64,000 nt of DNA from an uncultured bacterium (lineage in GTDB: Bacteria > Hydrothermota > Tepidihabitantia > Tepidihabitantales > Tepidihabitantaceae), in NCBI GenBank assembly GCA_964412225.1, contig CAYPNB010000001.1, positions 75,656 to 139,655 on the forward strand, in the 5' to 3' direction. The number at the start of each line of letters is the position of its first letter. The stretch's first letter is position 1. Below, one piece after another: positions 10,099-19,800 of this stretch. The notes under the pieces are model-generated. The model saw nothing but the letters and a program-made list of their open reading frames with translations. It made no database searches and was not told the DNA's origin. A program made the translations under genes and the position numbers.

Positions 10099-13000
10099 GT
10101 ATGGCGCCGAATCAGGGAAGCAACAACAATAACAAAGTTGGGGCGGTTTTAGTTGTCGGAGCGGGGATCGCCGGCATTCAGGCGTCACTGGAGATGGCAG
10201 AGGCGGGGTTTAAGGTCTACCTGGTGGACAGGTCGCCGGCAATTGGTGGGGTAATGGCGATGCTGGACAAAACATTTCCCACCAATGACTGTTCAATGTG
10301 CATCCTGGCGCCGAAACTGGTGGGCACGGGGCGGCATCCGAACATTGAAATTATAAACGGTGCTGAACTGACCGGACTGGAGGGAGAACCGGGTAATTTT
10401 ACAGTCCGCATCCGGCGTCAGCCGCGCTATGTATTGCTGGATAAATGCACCGGCTGTCTTGATTGCACCAAGGTATGCCCGGTGGCGGTGCCCGATACCT
10501 ATAATCAGGGGCTTTCGTCCCGCCGGGCGGTTTACAAACTGTTTGCTCAGGCGATTCCGAATGCGGTGGCGATTGACAAAAACGAACACCGGGCACCCTG
10601 CCGGCTTGCCTGTCCGGCGGGTGTTAACGCCCAGGGTTATGTGGCGCTGATCCGGGAGCGGAAGTTTAAGGAGGGGTATGAACTGGTCCGCCAGCGGTTG
10701 CCGTTTGTGGGTGTCTGCGGTCGGGTTTGTCATCATCCCTGCGAGCAACAGTGTAACCGTAAGGATGTGGATGAACCGGTGGCGATTCGGACCCTGAAGC
10801 GGTTTCTTGCCGACTGGGTTCAGGAAAACGGGCCGTTGCCATACCCGGCGCCAGCGCCGGAAAACGGGAGGCGGGTGGCGGTGATAGGAGCCGGTCCGGC
10901 CGGGTTAACCTGTGCCCTTGATTTGCGGCTTAAGGGGTACTCGGTGACGGTGTTTGAAGCCGGCGAGGCGCCCGGTGGGATGATGCGCTGGGGTATACCG
11001 GCTTACCGTCTGCCCCGGAAGGTACTGGATGAGGAAATTAAGGCGATTCTTGATACTGGTGTGGAGTTGAAGTTAAACAGCCCGGTTACCAGCACCGCCG
11101 ATTTGAAGCAATTACTGGCGGGTGGATATCAGGCGGTGTTTGTGGCGGTGGGCTGTTCCCGGAGCCGGCGGCTGGAGGTTCCAGGGGTGGAACTGGCCGG
11201 TGTTTTGCCCGGGATTGAATTTCTCCGGCGGGTGAACGGCGGCGAGCAGGGAATTTTAACCGGTCAGCGGGTGGTGGTGATCGGCGGTGGCAATGTGGCG
11301 GTGGATTGCGCCCTTTGTGCCCGGCGGTCTGGTGCGGTTGAGGTAACAATGGTCTGTCTGGAGCGCCGGGAGGAGATGCCGGCGCACGAGTGGGAGATTG
11401 CCGAGGCGCTGGCAGAAGGGGTTAAGATTATGCCCTCCTGGGGGCCGAAGGTGATTACCGGGGATAACGGTCGGGTTACCGGTCTGGAGACCGTTTTCTG
11501 CGTTCGGGTATTTGACGAAAGCGGCCGGTTTAATCCTCAGTTTGACCAGGGGAAAACCGGTTTTGTGCCGGCGGATGCGGTCATTATTGCCATCGGGCAG
11601 GAGGTGGCGGGCGATGGTTTTGACGGCGTTGAGCGGGGCCGGCTGGGGACATTTAAAGTTGACCCGGTAACCCTGGCGGTACCGGGGATGCCCGGGATTT
11701 TTGCCGGCGGTGATGGCGTGCGGGGTCCGGCATCGGTGATTGAGGCGGTGGCGGATGGGCATGAGGCGGCGCTATCAATTGACCGATTTCTCAGGGGTGA
11801 GAACCTGGCTACGGCAAGGCCAGAGCCGAAGCCGGAGCCGGCAAGGTTAGAAGAAAGCGCGCGCGCCCGGAGTGGTATCGGCAAAGAGGCCCGCCGGCCC
11901 GAGCCGGTTCTGGCGGTGGAAAAACGGCAGGATAATTTTGCTGAGATCAATTTGGGTTTTGACGAAGAAACCGCGGTCAGTGAAGCCCGCCGTTGTCTGG
12001 ACTGCGGGGTGTGTTCGGAGTGTTTTCAGTGTGTTGCGGCGTGCGAAGCCAGGGCGATTGACCACAGCGAGACCCCCCGGGAACTGAACCTGCAGGTGGG
12101 AGCGGTTGTGCTGGCAGGCGGTTTCCGGGAGTATAAGCCGATAGATTCCGAATGGGGCTATCGTGATTCGCCGAATGTGGTTACCAGTTTGGAGTTTGAA
12201 CGGATTTTGTCGGCGACCGGTCCTTATGAGGGTCATGTGCGCCGACCCGGGGATGGGAAACAGCCGAAAAAGATTGCCTGGGTGCAGTGTGTTGGTTCCC
12301 GGAGCCAGGAGCACTACTACTGCTCGTCGGTGTGCTGTATGTTTGCCACCAAAGAGGCGGTGATCGCCAAGGAGCATTGTGCCGGCGACCTGGAGTGCCA
12401 CGTTTACTATATGGACATGCGCTGTTTTGGCAAGGGGTTTGAGCGGTATTACGAACGGGCAAGGGATGAATACGGCGTGGTCTTCCGGCGGTGCCGGGTG
12501 GCCAAGATTGTACCGGAGAATGGGGGTTGCGAAAACCCGTCCGGTAACCTGGTGGTCAGTTACGAAAACGAGAACGGCGAACTCCAGGAAGAGGTTTATG
12601 ATATGGTGGTGCTTTCCAGCGCCCTGACCGCTGACCCGGATTACGCCCGGCTATGCGCTTCCATCAAGGTGGATGTTGACGAACAGGGTTTTGTCCGCAC
12701 CGACCAGTTTTATCCGGTGGCGACATCGCGGCCCGGGGTGTTTGCCTGCGGTGCCTTAGTGGAACCCAAGGACATTCCGGAAACAGTGACCGAGGCGACC
12801 GGTTGTGCGGGTGCAGTGGCGAGTCTACTTGCCGAAGCCCGTAACACGCTGGTGAAGAAAAAGGAGTACCCACCAGAACGGGACGTCAGTGCTGAGGAGC
12901 CCCGGGTTGGTGTCTTTGTCTGTAATTGCGGGATAAATATCGGCGGGGTTGTCACCGTCCCGTCAGTAGTGGAGTTCGCCCGGACCCTGCCCGGTGTGGT

Positions 13001-14576
13001 TTATGCCGAGGAGAACCTTTTCACCTGTTCTCAGGACACCCAGGAGAAAATCCGCCGGGTGATTGTGGAGCAGAAACTCAACCGGGTGGTGGTTGCCTCC
13101 TGTACCCCCCGGACCCATGAGCCGCTTTTCCAGGAGACAATGCGGGAGGCGGGGCTCAACCCCTATCTGTTCACGATGGCGAATATCCGGGACCAGTGTT
13201 CCTGGGTTCATATGCAGTTGCCGAATGAGGCGACCGAAAAGGCAAAGGAGCTGGTACGGATGGCGGTGGCAAATGCCTGTCGGTTAAAACCGCTTTCCTG
13301 TTCGTCCCAACCCATTGTTCAGAAGGCGCTGGTTATCGGCGGTGGGCTTGCTGGTATGACCACCGCACTTGCCATTGCCGACCAGGGTTTTGAGGTGTTC
13401 CTGGTGGAAAAGGCAGCGGAACTGGGCGGAAAGTTGCGTCGGGTCCGATACAATCAGCGGGGTGAACGGATTGATGAGTTTCTGTCCGCTTTGGAACGGC
13501 GGGTTCGTACCCATTCCAACATTAGGGTTTTCACGGGTAGTGAGGTGAGGGCGGTATCGGGTTATGTCGGGAACTATCTGAGCCGGGTGGAAAGGGTTGA
13601 TGGTAGTGATGTTCAGGATATCAAACACGGGGTTTTTGTGGTGGCGGTTGGGGCCGAGGAGTATCGCCCGAAAGATTTCTTCTACGGCGAAGACGAAAGG
13701 GTAATGACCCAGTTGGAACTGGAACAGATACTTACCACTCAGCCCGAACGGTTAGCCGGGGTGAAGAGTGTGGCAATGATTCAGTGCGTTGGTTCCCGGG
13801 ATGCCGAACATCCGTACTGTTCCAGAATCTGCTGTACCGAGGCGATAAAAAATGCCTTGCACCTGAAAAAAGAGAATCCGAAACGGCAGGTTTATGTTTT
13901 CTACCGGGACATTCGCACCTACGGGTTTAAAGAGGCGCTGTATCAGGAGGCAAGACAGGCGGGGGTGATATTTATCCGGTTTGACCCGGATGTGCCGGAG
14001 CGGGCTTTAAGCTGGGAGAGGCGTAATGGTAAACTCCACGTCGCCACATTTGACCCGGTGCTTGGCAGACGGGTAGGGGTGGATGCTGACCTTCTGGTGC
14101 TTTCCGCGGGTGTGGTGCCAACGCCAGCACACCGGGAACTGGCACAGCTGTTAAAGGTGCCATTAAATGAAGACGGTTTCTTCCTTGAGGCGCATATGAA
14201 ACTCCGGCCGGTTGATTTCAATACCGCCGGGGTGTTTATGGCGGGGCTTTGTCACAGCCCCCGGTTGATGGATGAAACGATTGCCCAGGCGTTAGCAGCG
14301 GCGGCTCGTGCCGGTGCGGTGATCAGTCAAACTGAGATTATGACCCAGGCGGTGGTGGCGCGAGTTAACCAGCGCTGGTGCGCGGGTTGCGGGGTATGTG
14401 AAAACGTCTGTCAGTATGAGGCGGTGCATCTAAACCCGGCGACCGGGAAAAGTGAGGTTACCGCGGTGCTCTGCCAGGGGTGCGGTGCCTGTGCCGCTGC
14501 CTGTCCCGCCAGTGCGATTGAACTGCAGGGGTTTGAGTCAAAACAGTTATTGGCAATGATAGAAGCGGCACTATGA
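10095..14576 (+). CDS. HdrL-like giant HdrA-family protein with an inserted GltD-like NAD(P)H oxidoreductase domain and a second HdrA-like FAD domain
   Basis: 1493 aa. An HdrA-type N-terminal FAD half (VVGAGIAGIQASL, CTGCLDCTKVCP) is followed by a GltD-like segment (CPAGVNAQGY...VAVIGAGPAGLTCALDL...VVVIGGGNVAVDCA). Then come the remainder of the HdrA fold (CVGSRSQEHYYCSSVCC), a CNCGINIGG module, a second FAD domain (LVIGGGLAGMTTALA) and a C-terminal 2x[4Fe-4S]. It overlaps the hdrA stop. Confidence 0.85.
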   Translation: MSMAPNQGSNNNNKVGAVLVVGAGIAGIQASLEMAEAGFKVYLVDRSPAIGGVMAMLDKTFPTNDCSMCILAPKLVGTGRHPNIEIINGAELTGLEGEPGNFTVRIRRQPRYVLLDKCTGCLDCTKVCPVAVPDTYNQGLSSRRAVYKLFAQAIPNAVAIDKNEHRAPCRLACPAGVNAQGYVALIRERKFKEGYELVRQRLPFVGVCGRVCHHPCEQQCNRKDVDEPVAIRTLKRFLADWVQENGPLPYPAPAPENGRRVAVIGAGPAGLTCALDLRLKGYSVTVFEAGEAPGGMMRWGIPAYRLPRKVLDEEIKAILDTGVELKLNSPVTSTADLKQLLAGGYQAVFVAVGCSRSRRLEVPGVELAGVLPGIEFLRRVNGGEQGILTGQRVVVIGGGNVAVDCALCARRSGAVEVTMVCLERREEMPAHEWEIAEALAEGVKIMPSWGPKVITGDNGRVTGLETVFCVRVFDESGRFNPQFDQGKTGFVPADAVIIAIGQEVAGDGFDGVERGRLGTFKVDPVTLAVPGMPGIFAGGDGVRGPASVIEAVADGHEAALSIDRFLRGENLATARPEPKPEPARLEESARARSGIGKEARRPEPVLAVEKRQDNFAEINLGFDEETAVSEARRCLDCGVCSECFQCVAACEARAIDHSETPRELNLQVGAVVLAGGFREYKPIDSEWGYRDSPNVVTSLEFERILSATGPYEGHVRRPGDGKQPKKIAWVQCVGSRSQEHYYCSSVCCMFATKEAVIAKEHCAGDLECHVYYMDMRCFGKGFERYYERARDEYGVVFRRCRVAKIVPENGGCENPSGNLVVSYENENGELQEEVYDMVVLSSALTADPDYARLCASIKVDVDEQGFVRTDQFYPVATSRPGVFACGALVEPKDIPETVTEATGCAGAVASLLAEARNTLVKKKEYPPERDVSAEEPRVGVFVCNCGINIGGVVTVPSVVEFARTLPGVVYAEENLFTCSQDTQEKIRRVIVEQKLNRVVVASCTPRTHEPLFQETMREAGLNPYLFTMANIRDQCSWVHMQLPNEATEKAKELVRMAVANACRLKPLSCSSQPIVQKALVIGGGLAGMTTALAIADQGFEVFLVEKAAELGGKLRRVRYNQRGERIDEFLSALERRVRTHSNIRVFTGSEVRAVSGYVGNYLSRVERVDGSDVQDIKHGVFVVAVGAEEYRPKDFFYGEDERVMTQLELEQILTTQPERLAGVKSVAMIQCVGSRDAEHPYCSRICCTEAIKNALHLKKENPKRQVYVFYRDIRTYGFKEALYQEARQAGVIFIRFDPDVPERALSWERRNGKLHVATFDPVLGRRVGVDADLLVLSAGVVPTPAHRELAQLLKVPLNEDGFFLEAHMKLRPVDFNTAGVFMAGLCHSPRLMDETIAQALAAAARAGAVISQTEIMTQAVVARVNQRWCAGCGVCENVCQYEAVHLNPATGKSEVTAVLCQGCGACAAACPASAIELQGFESKQLLAMIEAAL

Positions 14577-14596
14577 GTGGAAAGTGAGGTGTCATT

Positions 14597-15016
14597 ATGA
14601 ACTACGAGCCCCGGATAGTCGGATTTTTATGTAACTGGTGTACCTATGCCGGTGCGGATCTTGCCGGTACTTCCCGAATTCAGTATCCCCCGAATATGCG
14701 GCCAATCAGAGTTATGTGTTCGGGTGCGGTGGACTCGGTTTATATCCTGCGGGCATTGCTGGAGGGGGCGGACGGGGTGTTTATCGGTGGCTGTCATCCG
14801 GGTGATTGTCATTATGTCTCGGGGAATTACAAAACCCGGCGGCGGATGGTGCTGTTCAATGCGATCATGCGGTCGTTGGGACTTGATGACGGACGGGTGT
14901 TGCTGCGCTGGATTTCGGCGGCGGAAGGCAAAAAGTTTGCCGAGACGATAACCACAATGACCGAGGAGCTCCGCCAGAAAGGCCCGAGTCCGTTCCGCAG
15001 TCTCTGGGAGGTGTAG
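14597..15016 (+). CDS. mvhD: MvhD-like protein (second copy)
   Basis: FLCNWCTYAGADLAG, MCSGAVD and GCHPGDCHY motifs, paralogous to 3703-4137. A GAGGTG RBS lies 8 nt upstream. Confidence 0.85.
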   Translation: MNYEPRIVGFLCNWCTYAGADLAGTSRIQYPPNMRPIRVMCSGAVDSVYILRALLEGADGVFIGGCHPGDCHYVSGNYKTRRRMVLFNAIMRSLGLDDGRVLLRWISAAEGKKFAETITTMTEELRQKGPSPFRSLWEV

Positions 15017-15017
15017 G

Positions 15018-16148
15018 GTGGCAAAGATGGGAGTGTTCAAAGTTGACGACCACAATCCGGAACAGACGCTCCGGGATGTTTGCGCTCGCTGGCTCAAAGA
15101 AGAAAAACTTTCGGCGATTTTAGTTCCGGCGGTCTCCCCGCTCGGGGTTGTTGCTCCAGCGCTCGTCACCACACCGGAAGCGGTTAAACGGATCGCCCCT
15201 CTTTGTCCGGCGATGTCGGTAAACGGTGCCAATATTTTAATGGAAATTGCCCAGCATCCGGCGGCACCGGAAACCAGGGTCGGGCTGATGCTCCGACCGT
15301 GCGAACTCCGGGCGGTGGTGGAACTGGTGAAACTGAAACAGATAGCGCTGGACAATTTGATTTTAATCGGCATTGATTGTCCCGGGACTTATAAGGTGTC
15401 AGTATACAATCAGTTAAGCCAGAGTGATCCGGAGTTTAACAGCCGGTTTGTCAAAAGTCAGGGAGGGTATTTAAATGACGAGCGTTTACGGAGCGCCTGC
15501 CAGATGTGTGAGTTTCCCACACCGTTAGTGGCGGACCTGGCGATCGGCTTTTTGGGAATGGATCCAGCAAAGGAGATTTTCTTTGAAGCGGCAACCGCTA
15601 AAGGTGAGACACTTTTAGACGGGTTTGCCTTAGATTCCGTTGGTGAGGTACCGGCGGCGCGCCGGGAGTACCTGGCGGCGTTTCGCCGGGGACGGGAGGA
15701 GAAGGCGGCACAGCTCATCGCCCAGTTTGAACAGGTGGCGCTGGGACCGGAAAATTTATTGCGCTATTTTGCCAACTGCCTCAACTGCCACAACTGTATG
15801 CATGTCTGCCCGGTTTGCTACTGCCGGGAGTGTTTTTTTGAGTCGGAGGCGCTCAAGCGGGAGATGGATGAGACGGTGCGGCTGGCAAGACGCAAGGGTA
15901 TTTCCCGGATGCCCGCGGGGACGATGCTGTTTCATCTGACGAGGATGAATCACATGATGACGTCCTGTGTTCAGTGCGGGATCTGCGAGGAGTCCTGCCC
16001 GGTTCAGATCGGTTTGAGTGTACTCTTCAAGAAGGTATCTCGTGCTGCCCAGGCAGAATTTGCCTATCTATCCGGTCGGTCGCTGGAGGAGCCGCTGCCG
16101 CTGACCACCTTCCGTGAGGATGAGTTCCGGACTGTTGGTGAAGGGTAA
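15018..16148 (+). CDS. FlxC-like / FrhB-FdhB-family iron-sulfur protein (second copy)
   Basis: CLNCHNCMHVCPVCYCREC and CVQCGICEESCP ferredoxin motifs after an FrhB-like N-terminal domain. Paralog of 4134-4967. Confidence 0.7.
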   Translation: MAKMGVFKVDDHNPEQTLRDVCARWLKEEKLSAILVPAVSPLGVVAPALVTTPEAVKRIAPLCPAMSVNGANILMEIAQHPAAPETRVGLMLRPCELRAVVELVKLKQIALDNLILIGIDCPGTYKVSVYNQLSQSDPEFNSRFVKSQGGYLNDERLRSACQMCEFPTPLVADLAIGFLGMDPAKEIFFEAATAKGETLLDGFALDSVGEVPAARREYLAAFRRGREEKAAQLIAQFEQVALGPENLLRYFANCLNCHNCMHVCPVCYCRECFFESEALKREMDETVRLARRKGISRMPAGTMLFHLTRMNHMMTSCVQCGICEESCPVQIGLSVLFKKVSRAAQAEFAYLSGRSLEEPLPLTTFREDEFRTVGEG

Positions 16149-16150
16149 AA

Positions 16151-16828
16151 ATGGAAGAGATTTTACTTAACGAACTGGACGGCGATTTCAAGTATCGGAT
16201 CGCGGAGCGGATGGGTGACGCCAGTTTTCTCAACTGTTTTGCCTGCGGTTCCTGCACCGCTGCCTGCCCGGTGCGCCGTTTAGAGGAGAAATACAATCCC
16301 CGGCGGTTGGTGCGAATGGCAATTCTGGGGATGAAGGAGGAAGTTTACCGGTCGGAGTTTGTCTGGCTCTGTTCTTATCATTCTACCTGTCTTTACCGAT
16401 GCCCGCAGGGCGTTAACATCGGTGAGGTGTGTGCAACGGTGGTGAAGTTGAGTGCCGGTTGTCCGGCGCCCCAAAAGGAGAATGAGGCAAAGGTGGACCC
16501 GGCTTTTCGGCAGGAGGTTTTGAAACGGGTTCCCGGGGTTTCGGCCTGTTTTGTCTGTGGTAGTTGTACCGCCGTCTGTCCGGAGGCGCTGGTGGACACC
16601 GAGAAGGACCCCCGACGGTTTATCCGAAAGGTGAATTTAGGGTTGCGGGAGGCGGCGTTTGCCGATCAGTTCAAGGACGTCTGCGCTACCCATTTTAAGT
16701 GCGAGAGCCGGTGTCCCCAAGGGGTCAAAATCAGCCGGATAATGCAGGTGCTGAAAGAACTGGCGATGGAAGACGGCTATACCTATCCCGAGTCGCTCAA
16801 AATGCTGGAAAGGCGGGCGGATGAGTGA
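16151..16828 (+). CDS. Tandem-duplicated HdrC-like ferredoxin
   Basis: Two consecutive HdrC-like modules (CFACGSCTAACP...CLYRCPQGV and CFVCGSCTAVCP...CESRCPQGV) in 225 aa. No HdrB-like gene follows. Confidence 0.75.
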   Translation: MEEILLNELDGDFKYRIAERMGDASFLNCFACGSCTAACPVRRLEEKYNPRRLVRMAILGMKEEVYRSEFVWLCSYHSTCLYRCPQGVNIGEVCATVVKLSAGCPAPQKENEAKVDPAFRQEVLKRVPGVSACFVCGSCTAVCPEALVDTEKDPRRFIRKVNLGLREAAFADQFKDVCATHFKCESRCPQGVKISRIMQVLKELAMEDGYTYPESLKMLERRADE

Positions 16829-19800
16829 GGTGGGTTCGGTGAATGCGGCGCTGGTGGTTGGTGGTGGTGTTGGTGGGGTACAGGTGGCGCTGGACCTGGC
16901 GGATGCGGGGTTGAAGGTGTATCTGGTGGAGCGGGCGCCGGCGATCGGCGGGTATATGGCGATGCTGGACAAAACATTTCCCACCAATGACTGTTCAATG
17001 TGCATCCTATCACCGAAACTGGTTTCCTGTGCCCGGCATCCGAATGTTGAACTACTGACTTTGAGCGAGGTTCTTGAGGTCACTGGTGAGCCGGGTAACT
17101 TTCAGGTCCGGGTCCGGCGTTATGCCCGCTCGGTGGACATTGACCGTTGCACTGGTTGCGGCAGCTGTTTGGAAAAGTGTCCGGTTAAACTGCCCAACGA
17201 GTTTGAGGGCGGGCTTTCCCAGCGCCGGGCGATTTACCGGCTCTATGCACAAGCAGTACCCAATGCGCCGACAATTGACCGTAAGGTATGTCTCAAGTTC
17301 ACCAAAAACCGGTGCGGTAACTGCGAAAAGGTCTGTAAGGCAGGGGCGATTAATTACGCCGAAGAGGACCAGGAGATGGTACTCAATGTGGCGGCGGTTG
17401 TGCTGGCTACCGGCAGTGAGATCGTCAGCCCCCGGGTGCGGCAGGAGTTTGGTTATGGCCGGTTTCCCAATGTGGTAACCAGTCTGGAGTTTGAACGGAT
17501 TCTCTCGGCATCTGGTCCATTCGGGGGGCACATCCAACGCCCTGGTGACCGCAAGGAGCCAAAGAAAATTGCCTGGTTACAGTGTTTTGGTTCCCGGGAC
17601 GAGACGGTAAACAGGGGTTACTGTTCTTCGGTTTGCTGTATGTATGCGGTCAAGGAGGCGGTGATTGCCAAGGAGCATAGTCCAGAAGTTCAGCCGACCA
17701 TTTTTTATATGGACCTCCGTGCCTTTGGCAAGGACTTTGACCGTTATATTGAGCGGGCGGAAAAGCAGTACGGGGTGCGGCTGGTACCGGCAAGGGTGGC
17801 CGAGATTCGCGAAATACCCGAGACAAAAGATTTGGTTGTTCGCTATGCCACAGAAAAGGGACAGAGGACAGAGCGGTTTGATATGGTGGTATTGTCCGGC
17901 GGTTTTATTCCTCCAGAAGCGGTTCAACTTTTAGACCAGCGTCTGGGGGTCCAACTTAATCAATTTTCCTATCCACTTGTTGACGTCTTCGCCCCGGTCA
18001 ATACCACAAGGGCGGGTGTTTTTCTTGCCGGGAGCGATCAGGGACCAAAGGATATACCGGAGACGGTAACCCAGGCATCGGCGGCGGCGGCACAGGTTCT
18101 TTCCTGTTCCGGTGTTCCTGGTGCTGTGGCTAAAAAGGGTGATGGGTTCCGCAACGTTATCGGTGAGCCGCCGCGCATCGGTGTTTTTGTCTGTCACTGC
18201 GGAATAAACATCGGTGGGGTTGTCCGGGTGCCAGAGGTGGTGGAGTTTGCCCGTCAGTTACCTGGGGTGGTTTATGCTGAGGAAAACCTTTACTCCTGTT
18301 CCGCGGACAGCCTGGAGAAATTGAAATCCCGGATTGTGGAACAGAAACTTAACCGGGTGGTGGTTGCCTCCTGTTCACCCCGGACGCATGAACCGCTTTT
18401 CCAGGAGACGGTTGCGCAGGCGGGGCTGAACCCCCATCTCTTTGCGATGACCAACATCCGGGACCAGTGTTCCTGGGTGCACATGCAGCTGCCGGATGAG
18501 GCAACTGAAAAGGCGAAGGATCTGGTGGGGATGGCGGTCGCGCGGGTCCGGCGGCAGGAACCGCTGGCGCCAGTTAAACTGCCGGTGACCAAGGCGGGTC
18601 TGGTGATCGGCGGCGGGATTAGCGGGATGAGCGCGGCATTGGCTTTAGCCGATGCGGGGTTTGAGGTGTTCCTGGTGGAACGGGAAAATGAATTGGGCGG
18701 CATGGCAAGGAAAATCTGGCGGACAGTTGAGGGCGAGGATGTGCCGAAACGACTCGCCGGGTTGATTGAACGGGTAAGCACCCATCCCCGAGTTCGGGTG
18801 TTCACCGGGGCACGCATCGCCAGAATTGAAGGGTTTGTGGGTTCATTTACCACCACGGTGCGTCATAACACCGACCGCGGTGAGGAGGAAACAGAACTCC
18901 GGCACGGGGTGGTGGTTCTTGCCACCGGCGCCCGTTATCGTCAGCCCACTGAGTACCATTACGGTGCCAGTCCCCGGGTGAAGACCCAACAGGAGCTGGA
19001 GGAGATTATCGCCCGTCAGCCAGAGGGTTTAGACGACGCCCGGCTGGTGGTGATGATTCAGTGTGTTGGTTCAAGGGAGGAGGAGCGTCCGTATTGTTCA
19101 AGAATTTGCTGTGTTGAGGCGTTGAAAAACGCCATCGCCATCAAGGAGAGAAACCCACAGACTGAGGTGTTTATTCTCTACCGTGATATTCGCGCCTACG
19201 GGTTGAAGGAAAAATTTTATCGCCGGGCGCGAGAGATGGGGGTTAATTTCATCCGCTACACGCCGGACCGCAAGCCCGCAGTGAGTGCGACAAAAGAGGG
19301 GGTGCAGGTCCGGGTTTATGAGCCGGTTATCGGCGAGGAACTGGAACTGGTTCCCGACCTTCTGGTTCTTTCCAGCGGGGTGGTGGCGAACCCGGATGCC
19401 GCCGAACTGGCACAGATGCTCAAAGTGCCATTGCATCAGGACGGCTTTTTCCTTGAGGCGCACGCCAAACTCCGGCCGGTTGACTTTGCCACCGAAGGGG
19501 TGTTTCTATGCGGGCTCTGCCACTATCCCAAATTCATTGATGAGGCTATCGCCTCGGCGCAGGCGGCGGCGGGACGGGCGGTAACGGTCCTCGCCCGGGA
19601 GTTTATTGAGGGTGAACCCTATCAGGCGGTGGTTAACCCGCAACGTTGCTCTGCCTGCCGGATGTGTGAAACCCTCTGTGCCTACCGGGCGATTGAGGTA
19701 AAACTGATTGATGAACGTCAGGGCAGGTTTGCGGCGGTAGTTAACGCGGCGTTGTGCAAAGGGTGCGGTGCCTGTGCGGCGAACTGTCGGTCCCAGGCAA

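Noticed and set aside
14627-15373. 248-aa minus-strand ORF
   Set aside because: Antisense to the second mvhD and the FlxC-like gene. Ser/Thr/Ala-rich low-complexity sequence.
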